A DNA stretch of 64,000 nt from Mariniphaga sp. (GCA_025355585.1 JANXZJ010000108.1:8589-72588); one strand, 5' to 3'; shown: positions 1-9,798, numbered from the stretch's first letter. The notes: generated by a model from the letters alone, not told the origin. Made by a program: numbers and translations.

Positions 1-529
1 CGGCAAGTCCTCCATGGAAACTAACAACACCCTTTAAATCAGCACCTAACTTTGCAGAATTTAGGACGACAGAACCGCCAAAACAATATCCAATCGCCAA
101 AATATTTTGGCTATCGGTCTGTTTGTATTCTTTAAGTTTGGCAAGTGCTGCTTCAAGGCGGGTTTTTGAGAGCTGCGGATCTTTATAAAACGGAGTTGCC
201 AATTCCTGTGCTTCAGCAGGATTGGCAGCAATCTTACCTTCACCATACATATCAACTGCCATCGCGATATATCCAAGTGCTGCAAGCTTTCGTGCTCTCA
301 TTACTGGATAATCGGTTAGTCCCCACCATTCGTGGACAACCAAAATAGCCGGACGTTTTCCAACCTGGTTTTCATCATACACGATTACTCCTTTAAATGC
401 TTTATCACCAATTGAATAAGTCACTTTGTCTTCTTTTATTTTTGGAGAAGGTGCCATTTTCCCGAAACTTGAACTTATTGTGACCATTGTCAGAAAAATT
501 ATAGAAAGAATTAAACTCTTAGTTCTCAT
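1..529 (-). CDS. Dienelactone hydrolase family protein, secreted; N-terminus complete, C-terminus runs off the left window edge
   Basis: Absent from the ORF track because it is open to the window edge. My manual reverse translation from ATG 529-527 gives MRTKSLILSIIFLTMVTISS (signal peptide)...KRPAILVVHEWWGLTDYPVMRARKLAALGYIAMAVDMYGEG...ILAIGYCFGGSVVLN. HEWWG and the Cys-nucleophile elbow GYCFGG are typical of the DLH family. Confidence 0.8.
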   Translation of the reverse strand, partial: MRTKSLILSIIFLTMVTISSSFGKMAPSPKIKEDKVTYSIGDKAFKGVIVYDENQVGKRPAILVVHEWWGLTDYPVMRARKLAALGYIAMAVDMYGEGKIAANPAEAQELATPFYKDPQLSKTRLEAALAKLKEYKQTDSQNILAIGYCFGGSVVLNSAKLGADLKGVVSFHGGLA

Positions 530-721
530 GGTTGCTGATTTTAAATGTATAAATATTCAACTATTTGCATAACAACAAGGCGGAAAAAATAGTTTAATGA
601 TATTTTAAACAAATTGCTATTTCGAATGTTATGTAATTGGTTTATAATTGTTTGATATGAAAAAGCATGTTGCATTTTTTCATATTAGCCGTTAGTGGCC
701 TGTTTCTTAAAACAAAAGAAG

Positions 722-1726
722 ATGACAGACAGAAGGATGTTTCTAAAATCGCTTGCAGGTGTAACTGCCGTTTTAACATTGGGAGGCGCAACCCCCGCGT
801 TTAAGAGCGAAAGTGACCGTCTGGGTGAGGTGCTTCCAAAGCGGAAACTTGGCCGGACGAATGAATATGTAACAATGCTCGGAACCGGAGGTTATCATGT
901 TGGCTGGACCACTGAACGTGATGCGCAGGAGGTAATTGAAGCGGCTCTTGAAGGTGGTGTCCGGTTTTTCGATACTGCTGAAAGCTATGCCGATGGAACC
1001 AGTGAAATACGGTATGGCAAATACCTGACGCCAAAATATCGCGACCTGATTTTTTTGACGAGTAAATCGACAGGCAAGGACGCTAAAACAGTGAAGGAAC
1101 ATTTGGAGGGAACATTACGAAGGCTCAATACCGATCATCTTGATTTATATCAGGTTCATGCTATTTCAACACCTGAAGATGTCGACAGTCGGATTCAGTT
1201 AGGTGTTCTTGAAGTTTTGTTAAAAGCCAAAGAGGAAGGAAAAATAAGGCATCTGGGATTTACAGGCCACCAGAATCCGTTTGCACATGCACGAATGCTC
1301 GAAAGAACCAAGGAAAGCGACATTTTCGATACTGTTTTGATGCCCGTAAATGTGCTGGACCAGACATATTTCAGTTTTAATCAAAATATTATGCCCAAAG
1401 CCCTGGAAAGAAATATGGGAATTTGTGCTATTAAATCGCTGGCAGACGGTCGGTTCTTCGCGAAGAAAGAACAAGCCGGTTGGACATCAGACGATCCACT
1501 GATTCCAAACTATCTGAGTATTAGAGAAGCAATGCATTTTGTATGGTCACTGCCGGTTTCTGTTTTAATTTCGGGGAATGAAAATGCAACCTTCATGCGT
1601 GAAAAAATTGCCCTCGCCCGCTCGTTTACCAAACTTACAGAAGAACAAAAGATTGCCTTGATTGATAAAGTAAAAGATATAGCGCTAACTGGCAAAGTTG
1701 AATATTTTAAAAAGAAGGAGAACTGA
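722..1726 (+). CDS. Aldo/keto reductase with twin-arginine (Tat) signal peptide
   Basis: ORF 695..1726; the likely start is ATG at 722 (MTDRRMFLKSLAGVTAVLTLGG, a Tat-like RRxFLK). AKR motifs FFDTAESYADGTSE, LDLYQVH and GFTGH are present. Confidence 0.85.
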   Translation: MTDRRMFLKSLAGVTAVLTLGGATPAFKSESDRLGEVLPKRKLGRTNEYVTMLGTGGYHVGWTTERDAQEVIEAALEGGVRFFDTAESYADGTSEIRYGKYLTPKYRDLIFLTSKSTGKDAKTVKEHLEGTLRRLNTDHLDLYQVHAISTPEDVDSRIQLGVLEVLLKAKEEGKIRHLGFTGHQNPFAHARMLERTKESDIFDTVLMPVNVLDQTYFSFNQNIMPKALERNMGICAIKSLADGRFFAKKEQAGWTSDDPLIPNYLSIREAMHFVWSLPVSVLISGNENATFMREKIALARSFTKLTEEQKIALIDKVKDIALTGKVEYFKKKEN

Positions 1727-1779
1727 AAGGATCGAATGAAACCGGGTCTTTCTGCGATTTTCAGGCAAGGTTAGGTTTT

Positions 1780-2388
1780 TTATTGCGATTGGTACTCTGT
1801 GTTATTCAATAATCGCCTAATATTTGGAATGTGCTTAACAATGATTAAACCGGAACAAATCAGCAAATAATAAAAAAGAGATGAAATTCCATGAATTACT
1901 AAGTCGGAGATTGTCAATGATATAGCTAAGCAAATTGATCCAAGTGAAACAAATTTGTATTTCCACGTAACAATGAAATAAATCAAAACTGATAAGAGCA
2001 CAGAAAAAGGAGCCAAAAGCAGAGATGCACCTAAAGTGGTGTTAACCCCTTTACCACCTTTCAATTTTAAAAAGAGCGAAAAATCATGCCCAAGAATTGT
2101 TGCCAGGGCGACCAGGTAGATATCGTATTCTTCAAGATGATGGAAATTTTCAATATTGAGATAATAGACCAATGCTACCGGCAGAAGACCTTTCGACATA
2201 TCGCAAGCCTGCGTTAAAACCGCGATTTTTTTGCCTGCAATCCGTCCCACATTCGTTGAACCTATATTCCCGCTTCCAAAGTCAAGGATACTTTTCCCGG
2301 TAAATTTTCGGGTGAAAATATATCCGAAGGGAATTGATCCAATGATATATGCGGCCAAAATCAACAATATTTCAGGCCATAAGCTCAT
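1780..2388 (-). CDS. plsY: Glycerol-3-phosphate acyltransferase PlsY (acyl-phosphate dependent)
   Basis: 202 aa, polytopic. It has the PlsY motifs GSIPFGYIF, GSGNIGSTNVGR and GGKGV. Its ATG overlaps the stop of the upstream bcp-like gene (ATGA, 2385-2388). Confidence 0.9.
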   Translation of the reverse strand: MSLWPEILLILAAYIIGSIPFGYIFTRKFTGKSILDFGSGNIGSTNVGRIAGKKIAVLTQACDMSKGLLPVALVYYLNIENFHHLEEYDIYLVALATILGHDFSLFLKLKGGKGVNTTLGASLLLAPFSVLLSVLIYFIVTWKYKFVSLGSICLAISLTISDLVIHGISSLFYYLLICSGLIIVKHIPNIRRLLNNTEYQSQ

Positions 2389-3140
2389 TTTAATTCTTTC
2401 AGAATACGGATGGCTTCTTCAATATGCTTTTCGGCTTGTATCTGGGAATTAAATATAAATACCACCTTGCCGGCCTTGCCGATAACATAAGTCACGCGTC
2501 CGGGAAGCAGGCCAAACAGGTTTGTAGGGACATCGAATAATTTTCGCACATTGTTCCCTTCATCGCTTAGTAATGTGTAATTTAACCTGTATTTATTGGC
2601 AAAGTCTAAATGGCTTTTAACCGACTGGGCACTTATGCCGATGATTGTCGCATTGTATTCGCTGAAAACTTCAAACTGATCGCGGAACGAGCAAGCCTCT
2701 TTTGTGCATCCGGGACTATCGTCTTTGGGATAAAAGTAGATCACCAGGTTCTTTTTTCCCTTCACCGAATTGATATCAAAATCTTTTCCAAACTGATCTT
2801 TTAATGAGAAAGAAGGAATCGTACTTCCAACACCTATTTTGTTCATTTCGTGTGTATTTGTTGTTTGTGAATAACTTTTGAAATTGAAATAGAAAAGGAA
2901 TAACAGGAAATAGATTGCCAGGTAAAATCGGTAAAAATTTCTGAATTTCTTGTATTTCAAGTTGTCGGGATAAATATTCCCGAATAATCCTTTAAGCTCT
3001 TTCATAAAAACTGGTTTTATATTGATGATCCAACTATCAGTCTGATAGACTAATTTCCGGAATTTACTCCGGTAAATTGTCAATGGTAACCCCCACGCCA
3101 GAAAAAGTATCAGCCAAATATTCTCGTATATAAAATTCAT
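2385..3140 (-). CDS. bcp: Bcp-type peroxiredoxin with ~100-aa N-terminal hydrophobic extension
   Basis: The C-terminal ~150 aa has the peroxiredoxin motif VIYFYPKDDSPGCTKEACSFRD. The N-terminal ~100 aa has two hydrophobic segments (IWLILFLAWGLPL and YLAIYFLLFLFYF). An internal Met (MNKIGVG, codon 99, about 2846) would give a conventional soluble Bcp. Confidence 0.8.
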   Translation of the reverse strand: MNFIYENIWLILFLAWGLPLTIYRSKFRKLVYQTDSWIINIKPVFMKELKGLFGNIYPDNLKYKKFRNFYRFYLAIYFLLFLFYFNFKSYSQTTNTHEMNKIGVGSTIPSFSLKDQFGKDFDINSVKGKKNLVIYFYPKDDSPGCTKEACSFRDQFEVFSEYNATIIGISAQSVKSHLDFANKYRLNYTLLSDEGNNVRKLFDVPTNLFGLLPGRVTYVIGKAGKVVFIFNSQIQAEKHIEEAIRILKELK

Positions 3141-3145
3141 AGGTA

Positions 3146-3943
3146 CTATTTTTTAGGAAACCACGGAAAAAATGAGTTCGTTTTTTGGATATAATCCAGG
3201 TATTGAGGCTTTTGAACTTTCAATGTTTTTTCAAGCAATGCCACCCCGGAAACTTTTATAATCAGCAAAGTCATTAAAACGGAACCAAACAAACACCAGT
3301 ATTCACCTGCTGCAATGCATAGTATGCCGTATCCCCACCAAACAGCGGCATCGCCAAAATAGTTGGGGTGCCTGGTATATCGCCAAAATCCGGTATTCAA
3401 AACTTTTCCTTTATTCGCAAGATTCAGTTTAAATTTTGCCAGCTGGTAATCGCCACCTGCTTCGAAAATAAACCCGGTGACCCAGACCAACAACCCGAGG
3501 TAATCAATTATATTTATGTCATTTACGTTATGGTTCTGATTTGCACCCCAAAGGGTTGAAGAAATCAGCCACATTAATATTCCCTGAAGCAGAAATGTCT
3601 GGAAGTAACTGATCCACCAGTAATTCTTCTCTCCATAATTTTTCCTGAATTCGCGGTAACGAAAATCTTCTCCTTTTCCGATATTTCGCCATGCGAGGTA
3701 AATCGAGAGCCGGAATCCCCAAATTGTTACTAACACAAGCAATAAAATCTGACGGGAAGTAATTGCCTCGTTTGCAAAAAAATACCAACCATTTGCGATC
3801 ACAAATCCCATTCCCCAGAAAAGATCAACGATACTTACATTTCTAAGGAAGATACTGATAATCCATAGGATAGTCACTAACAATAAAATCAAAAGTAATC
3901 CTTGAGTATATACCTGGTTCATTGGGAAAATGTTATAAATCAT
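3146..3943 (-). CDS. DUF1295 / steroid-5-alpha-reductase-ICMT-like polytopic membrane protein
   Basis: 265 aa, multi-TM, with the C-terminal motif GFWRYTRHPNYFGDAAVWWG characteristic of the DUF1295/ICMT-like superfamily. It overlaps the upstream gene by 4 bp. Confidence 0.7.
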   Translation of the reverse strand: MIYNIFPMNQVYTQGLLLILLLVTILWIISIFLRNVSIVDLFWGMGFVIANGWYFFANEAITSRQILLLVLVTIWGFRLSIYLAWRNIGKGEDFRYREFRKNYGEKNYWWISYFQTFLLQGILMWLISSTLWGANQNHNVNDINIIDYLGLLVWVTGFIFEAGGDYQLAKFKLNLANKGKVLNTGFWRYTRHPNYFGDAAVWWGYGILCIAAGEYWCLFGSVLMTLLIIKVSGVALLEKTLKVQKPQYLDYIQKTNSFFPWFPKK

Positions 3944-5736
3944 TCAAATAAAAGAGAAACTGCAGTTGATCCGATCCCTGCATTCATGCCAATTACAGGG
4001 GAGATATCTACCACAGAGACCGGTTTTTTACCCGTTAACTGAAACATCTTTTCATTGTATATTTCTGCACCGGCAGGATTTTGCGCATGTAAAACAATGT
4101 AATTCCAGATTTGTTTTTCATTGCTTATGCTTGTAATATGTTTCATCACTTTGCTGATGTTGGCACGCTGGCTGAATGTCTGACCAAACAATACCGATTT
4201 GCCGTTGCTATCCATTGAGACGATCGGTTTGATACCTAATAAATTGGCAATAAAACCCTTCGGTTTCGACACCCGGCCTCCTTTAATCATGTATTTCAAA
4301 TTCTTAACACTAACGAAAATTTTTGAATTGGATATCCAGGTCTTAGCACCTTCGGCGATCGCTTCAATTGGCCATCCTGCTTCAATAGATTGAGCAACCC
4401 TCAGTACAATTAGTCCCAACGCTCCCGATAAATTTTTTGAGTCGATGACTACAATGGGTATATTGAATTCATTTTTAATTCTTTCGGCCGCTTTTAAACT
4501 GCTTTGATACGTTCCGCTGAATTGTTCCGTTAAATGAATGGAAATAATTGCATCGTAATGAGAAGCTAAATGAGAATAAAGATTGGTAAAGGTGCGATCG
4601 TTTATTTGTGAAGTTTTTGGAAATTCGGCATTCGTTTCAAGCAAACTATAAAATTGTTCTGGTTTGATTGTTACCTTATCGAGATAATGATTCTCCCCAA
4701 AATTAATATTTAGCGGGACAATATTAATTTGGTAATTATCAATGATTTCCTGGGATAAGTCACAGGTAGAATCGGTTACCAGGGCAATGTTCCATTTTCG
4801 TTTGGTAGCAGCCTCATGTTGGCGAATCATGTCATCAACTTTTTGAAAAGTAATGGTGCCATAATCTTTCAGGTCGTGAAATAGCTCTGCCAATTGATTG
4901 GTATGCACATGAATACGGCAAAGATTTTCGGAACCGGCGATAACGACTGAATCGCCATAACTGTTTAGCAAATTTTGAAGGTTCGGTTTGCTGAATTTGA
5001 GGTTCCGAAGGATTGCCTCTGCGCAAAAACGATAATTAATATCTTCATCTGCAATATTTTCAGTATGAATGAGCGAAATATTCTCGATGGATGGTACAAC
5101 AAGGTTTCTAATATTCCGGCTTCTGATAAAATCAATGATTCCCTCAATAAACAGGACAAATCCTTTTGCACCGGCGTCAACAAAGTTGTATTGTTTTAAA
5201 ATATTGAGCTTCGATTTCGTTTCAATCAATGATTTCTCAAGAATATCAAATGAGTCGACAAATATTTTCTTAAAATCATGAATGATAGTCTTTTTGCTAA
5301 AAATATAATCCGACCAATCCTTGATAACTGTCAGCATTGTTCCTTCCACCGGATTTGCAACAGCTTCATAAATATATGGAATTGAATTTTTTATACTGTC
5401 TGCGAATTCGGAAAGTGTAATAACTCCTTTGTTGATGGTTTCCTGGCTTATTCCGTAAAGGAACTGAGCAAATATAACCCCTGAATTTCCGCGTGCTCCA
5501 ATCATGGCAGCCTCTGCAATATTATTTACGGTGGTTTTATATGATTTATGAGGTTTGATATTGTCCAGGACTGAGCGAATAGTGGAGGCCAGATTTGTAC
5601 CGGTATCTTTATCGTTTATCGGAAATACATTGATCCGGTTGATTTCCATTTGATTTTGCAGAATTTTTTTCCCGCCTGCCAGAAAAGCATAATAAAGAAA
5701 CCGGCCATCTATCTCAAGCATTAAAGTATTGTCCAT
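3940..5736 (-). CDS. DhaL/Dak2 (FakA-like) kinase domain fused to a DegV (FakB-like) fatty-acid-binding domain
   Basis: 598 aa. The N-terminus has VFPINDKDTGTNLAST (Dak2/FakA phosphate-binding loop pattern) and the middle has YRFCAEAIL...CRIHVHTN (FakA/YloV-like). The C-terminal ~280 aa reads IALVTDSTCDLSQEIIDNYQINIVPLNINFGE...SGTYQSS...KNLKYMIKGGRVSK, typical of DegV. Confidence 0.8.
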   Translation of the reverse strand: MDNTLMLEIDGRFLYYAFLAGGKKILQNQMEINRINVFPINDKDTGTNLASTIRSVLDNIKPHKSYKTTVNNIAEAAMIGARGNSGVIFAQFLYGISQETINKGVITLSEFADSIKNSIPYIYEAVANPVEGTMLTVIKDWSDYIFSKKTIIHDFKKIFVDSFDILEKSLIETKSKLNILKQYNFVDAGAKGFVLFIEGIIDFIRSRNIRNLVVPSIENISLIHTENIADEDINYRFCAEAILRNLKFSKPNLQNLLNSYGDSVVIAGSENLCRIHVHTNQLAELFHDLKDYGTITFQKVDDMIRQHEAATKRKWNIALVTDSTCDLSQEIIDNYQINIVPLNINFGENHYLDKVTIKPEQFYSLLETNAEFPKTSQINDRTFTNLYSHLASHYDAIISIHLTEQFSGTYQSSLKAAERIKNEFNIPIVVIDSKNLSGALGLIVLRVAQSIEAGWPIEAIAEGAKTWISNSKIFVSVKNLKYMIKGGRVSKPKGFIANLLGIKPIVSMDSNGKSVLFGQTFSQRANISKVMKHITSISNEKQIWNYIVLHAQNPAGAEIYNEKMFQLTGKKPVSVVDISPVIGMNAGIGSTAVSLLFE

Positions 5737-6074
5737 CAGTAGTATATTACATCTTAAAATTCTCGCATTATATTCGCGTTTGAATGCACCGTTTAGGATG
5801 TTTCACCTATTTTGTTATTCTCAATCTTAAACTAACTTAATAACATTTATTCCTTTGAATAGTTTAGGTTCAAGCCAGAATTCAATTTTTTTAATAACGT
5901 AAACGAACGAAAAATCAAAATTGAATATCAAAATTGAATAGTTAATTCTGAAATTTATAACGGTTTTAAAAAGTTGTTTTAATCGTAAAGTTGAATTGCA
6001 CAAAGTTTGAAAATCGGGAAAAGCGGTCCTTTTCCCGGTAGCAAACTATTTTTTCCCTGATTTGTTCTTACTGC

Positions 6075-8093
6075 ATGAATAAGCAGAATCGATTATCGAA
6101 GGCGAGCAGTCCATATCTTCGGCAACATGCTGACAATCCGGTCGATTGGTATGAATGGGGTGATGAGGCTTTGTCGAAAGCCAGGTTGGAAAATAAACCA
6201 TTGATCATCAGTGTTGGATACGCTGCATGTCATTGGTGTCATGTAATGGCGCACGAATCGTTTTCGGACGAGGGGATCGCCGAATTTATGAATTCCCATT
6301 TCGTCTGCATCAAGGTCGATCGGGAAGAGCGGCCTGACATCGACCGCATTTATATGGATGCAGCACAACTGTTATCGGGACGTGGGGGTTGGCCTCTTAA
6401 CGCATTCGCGTTGCCAGATGGGAAACCGTTTTATGCAGCTACTTACTTTCCTCCAGATCAGTGGATGGATGCACTTCATCAGCTTAGTCATTTATTTCAA
6501 AACGAATACCCCAGGGTTTTACAGGCAGCAACATCTCTTACTGAAGTAATTCGGACAACTCCTTTTCCCGGTGTATCCAATTCAAAGCCATTTAACCTTG
6601 AAGAGTATCTTACAGCCTTTGAAAATCAAATCAATACAATCGATTTTGAATTTGGCGGATATTCGGGCGCCCCCAAATTTATGATGCCGGCTGGTTTGGA
6701 ATATCTCCTCCAATTTCACTATCTGACCAGAGATCAGAAAGCGCTTGATGCAGTGACAATTACACTTGATGCAATGGCAAAAGGAGGTATTTATGATCAA
6801 ATCGGAGGTGGCTTCTCCCGCTATTCCACTGATCAATTCTGGAAAGTGCCACATTTTGAGAAGATGCTTTATGACAATGCCCAGTTGATCACGCTTTATG
6901 CACATGCATTTCAATTGACGAACAAACCACTTTATGCCGAAATTATCAATCAGACAATTTTATTCGCCGAGCGTGAATTGCAAAATACCGATGGTGGTTT
7001 TTATGCTTCGATTGATGCTGACAGCGAACACGAAGAGGGAAAATTCTACTTATGGACAAAACAGGAAATCGAATCTGTCCTTGATACTGAAACGGCTGAA
7101 ATTGTCCTTTGCTTTTACCAGGTATCCGCCTATGGAAATTGGGAGAATGGGAAAAATATTCTGCATTACAAGGATAACAAAGCTAAGTTTTCCAGCGAAA
7201 ACGGAATGACAGTCAATGAATTAAATGCTGTTTTGCAAATAGCAAACAAATCTTTGCTCGAACAACGCAATAGCCGTATTCGCCCGGCAACAGATGATAA
7301 AATTCTCACTTCGTGGAATGCCCTGATGATATTGGGCTATGTAAATGCCTATAAGGCTATTGGTAACGAAAATTATTTGAATGGTGCCATCAACACAGCT
7401 CATTTTCTGGAAACCAATATGGTAACCGGGAATGGATTGCTTTATCGCGTTTCCAAAGATGGAAAAGTGAGTACTGACGCATTTTTAGATGACTACGCAC
7501 TTCTGGCAGATGCTTTTATAAGTCTGTATGAAGTAACGTTCGATTTGCATTGGTTGCAACAGAGCCAACTTTTAACCGGCTATGTTTGGAATCATTTTAT
7601 GGATGCCGAAAACCACCTTTTTTTCTACACTTCCGATCTTGCTGAAAACCTCATCGCCCGAAAACATGAGATTTCGGATAATGTGATTCCCGCATCCAAT
7701 TCTGTTATGGCACATCTGCTCTTTAAACTTGGGATTTTGATGGAAAATTCCGAATATTCAAAAATGGCGGCGAAAATGCTTTTCAAAATAAGAAATGAAA
7801 TCGCCAAACAAGGAGCCTATTACGCTAATTGGGCAATGCTTTTGGGTAAGATGGTTTATCCTTCTTATGAAGTCGCAATACTCGGTGAAAATGCTGCATC
7901 GATTAATCTCGAAATGCAGAAAAACTATTTGCCGACTACTGTTTTTTCCGGAGGAATAAGTGAAAACTTACCCCTGCTTCAGAACCGTTTGGAAGATAAT
8001 AAAACAGCGATCTATGTCTGTCAGAACAACGCTTGTAACAGTCCTGTTTATTTGGCAAAGGAAGCTTTGGAACTGATAAAAACAACATTTTAG
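6075..8093 (+). CDS. Thioredoxin-domain protein, DUF255/YyaL family (N-terminal Trx-like plus six-hairpin glycosidase-like domain)
   Basis: 672 aa. The N-terminus [22 protein letters not shown]...[11 protein letters not shown] is the DUF255 signature. Confidence 0.85.
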   Translation: MNKQNRLSKASSPYLRQHADNPVDWYEWGDEALSKARLENKPLIISVGYAACHWCHVMAHESFSDEGIAEFMNSHFVCIKVDREERPDIDRIYMDAAQLLSGRGGWPLNAFALPDGKPFYAATYFPPDQWMDALHQLSHLFQNEYPRVLQAATSLTEVIRTTPFPGVSNSKPFNLEEYLTAFENQINTIDFEFGGYSGAPKFMMPAGLEYLLQFHYLTRDQKALDAVTITLDAMAKGGIYDQIGGGFSRYSTDQFWKVPHFEKMLYDNAQLITLYAHAFQLTNKPLYAEIINQTILFAERELQNTDGGFYASIDADSEHEEGKFYLWTKQEIESVLDTETAEIVLCFYQVSAYGNWENGKNILHYKDNKAKFSSENGMTVNELNAVLQIANKSLLEQRNSRIRPATDDKILTSWNALMILGYVNAYKAIGNENYLNGAINTAHFLETNMVTGNGLLYRVSKDGKVSTDAFLDDYALLADAFISLYEVTFDLHWLQQSQLLTGYVWNHFMDAENHLFFYTSDLAENLIARKHEISDNVIPASNSVMAHLLFKLGILMENSEYSKMAAKMLFKIRNEIAKQGAYYANWAMLLGKMVYPSYEVAILGENAASINLEMQKNYLPTTVFSGGISENLPLLQNRLEDNKTAIYVCQNNACNSPVYLAKEALELIKTTF

Positions 8094-8205
8094 GAGAGTT
8101 TTTCGTTAAAAAATATTAATATAATATCGGTTGGCAATTTCTTCACGATTCCTTCATATTTGAGAGTTTACATTTGATCCATAAACAATATAAAAATTCT
8201 CGATT

Positions 8206-8418
8206 ATGAAAAAGTTAGTTCTGATATTAAGTTTTGTATTTGCATTGGGTTTATTTTCTGTTGATGCAATGAGTAATAAAGTGGTAAATAAAACACCGGT
8301 CAAGTCTGAACAAACAGCTAAAAAAGTAGCTGAGAAACCGGCTGCCAAACCTGCCGTCAAGAAAAAGGCCAAAGGGAAAAAATCAACCACAAAGTCACAG
8401 GCAACAGTTAAAAAATAA
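8206..8418 (+). CDS. Small secreted Lys/Ala-rich basic protein (hypothetical)
   Basis: 70 aa. Signal peptide MKKLVLILSFVFALGLFSVDA is followed by a low-complexity KKVAEKPAAKPAVKKKAKGKK tail. An intrinsic terminator follows directly. Confidence 0.45.
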   Translation: MKKLVLILSFVFALGLFSVDAMSNKVVNKTPVKSEQTAKKVAEKPAAKPAVKKKAKGKKSTTKSQATVKK

Positions 8419-8440
8419 GCTGTTCGATAAAAATATCAAG

Positions 8441-8472
8441 CCGTCTCATAAATAAAAATGAGATGGTTTTTT
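8441..8472 (+). terminator. Rho-independent terminator after the small Lys-rich ORF
   Basis: Stem CCGTCTCAT / ATGAGATGG (one G-U pair) followed by TTTTTT. Confidence 0.7.
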
Positions 8473-8592
8473 ATATGCTAAAACATTGATAGTAAATTAA
8501 ATACATTTTTGTTCCTCAATTAGAAGCAACTTTAAAGATTAGTTGTTTTAGTCTAAATTATGGTATCATTAATACGTTAAAATTTCTTCCGA

Positions 8593-8916
8593 ATGAAAAA
8601 AATAAAAATTTACCAGTTACCGCTTTTTTTAGCGGTAGTCTTGTTTATAACCGGTAGCTGCAAAAAAGACCTTGGTAGTTCCAGCTCGTTATATACTCCA
8701 ACAACCGCCGATGTTACTGCAACTGCAACATTGGCGCAATTGCAACAAGGACGTGCACTTTACTCAAGTAACTGCAACAGTTGTCATGGGCTTTACATGC
8801 CCGAAAATTATAACCCAACTCAATGGGGAAGTATTTTGAATAGTATGGCACCAAGAACTGGCATGTCGTCATCCCAGGTTCTTCTGGTTTCCAAGTATGT
8901 TACCAAAGGTAAATAG
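8593..8916 (+). CDS. Monohaem c-type cytochrome lipoprotein
   Basis: 107 aa with a lipoprotein-like signal (LFITGSC) and a single CNSCH haem-binding motif. Confidence 0.65.
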   Translation: MKKIKIYQLPLFLAVVLFITGSCKKDLGSSSSLYTPTTADVTATATLAQLQQGRALYSSNCNSCHGLYMPENYNPTQWGSILNSMAPRTGMSSSQVLLVSKYVTKGK

Positions 8917-9005
8917 AAAGGTTATTGGGAAGAATGGCCCATTGAAAAACCAATCAAGAGAAAGATTGATGAATCAGGCAGAGATTCTTCTTACCTTGCG
9001 AGAAA

Positions 9006-9716
9006 ATGAAAATGGTGCAAAAAATGGCTTTACGGTACATTGTAATTTGTTTGATCAGTTTGTTTGGTAATAGCATTTGTTTAATTGCTCAAGGGGAAAA
9101 TTCAATTAGTGATTTGCCTTTGCAAATATCTGATTCAAAAGGAAGTAATGAGGTTTTGGTTCTATATCTTTCCGGAGACGGAGGGTGGAATGATTTCAAC
9201 CAGCAATTAGTTGAGACGTTTGAGAAACAGGGATATGGAGTGGTAACCCTCAATACACGAAAATATTTTTGGAATGAGAAGTCACCGGAAGTATTTGCCG
9301 GAGATATCGATCAGTTGTCCAAATACTATATGAAAGAATGGAAAAAATCATCCGTAATGATTGTTGGGTATTCTTTTGGTGCTGACGTGGGGATTTTTCT
9401 TCCTGGTCGGGTTTCTGCTGAATTGCAGAAAAAAATAATTAAAATAGTTTTAATCTCACCTTCAGCCAGTTCTGATTTTGTGATCAGATTGAGTGATATG
9501 ATCGGAGAGACTGAAAATATCAATCGGAAATACAAAGTGAAACCAGAGATTGAGAAAACTGATTTGCCTGTCACTTGCGTCTTCGGGAAGGATGAAGTAT
9601 TGACACTTAAGACGAGTCTTCGGAAAAATAAGAACCTTACAATTCATGAATTGCCTGGAGACCATCGATACAATGATGATTTTACCGCACTTTCGAAAAT
9701 GATAGGGTTGGATTAA
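9006..9716 (+). CDS. VirJ/AcvB-family alpha/beta hydrolase domain protein
   Basis: 236 aa with a signal peptide. LYLSGDGGWNDFNQ...RKYFW...IVGYSFGADV matches the VirJ-domain pattern as I remember it. Confidence 0.7.
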   Translation: MKMVQKMALRYIVICLISLFGNSICLIAQGENSISDLPLQISDSKGSNEVLVLYLSGDGGWNDFNQQLVETFEKQGYGVVTLNTRKYFWNEKSPEVFAGDIDQLSKYYMKEWKKSSVMIVGYSFGADVGIFLPGRVSAELQKKIIKIVLISPSASSDFVIRLSDMIGETENINRKYKVKPEIEKTDLPVTCVFGKDEVLTLKTSLRKNKNLTIHELPGDHRYNDDFTALSKMIGLD

Positions 9717-9756
9717 ATTTTTTAACCAGATCAAATGATTTCTGCTAAAAACAGTA

Positions 9757-9793
9757 AAGCCCAACAATGTATTTTACAACATGTTGGGCTTTT
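9757..9793. terminator. Bidirectional hairpin terminator between the virJ-like gene and tRNA-His
   Basis: AAAGCCCAACA...TGTTGGGCTTTT. The 8-bp GC-rich stem with extra inner pairs is flanked by A and T runs, so it can terminate both convergent transcripts. Confidence 0.65.
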
Positions 9794-9798
9794 AAATG

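Noticed and set aside
61-348. ORFs 61..285 (-) and 145..348 (+)
   Set aside because: Both lie in alternative frames inside the well-supported dienelactone hydrolase coding region (1..529, minus strand). They are shadow ORFs.
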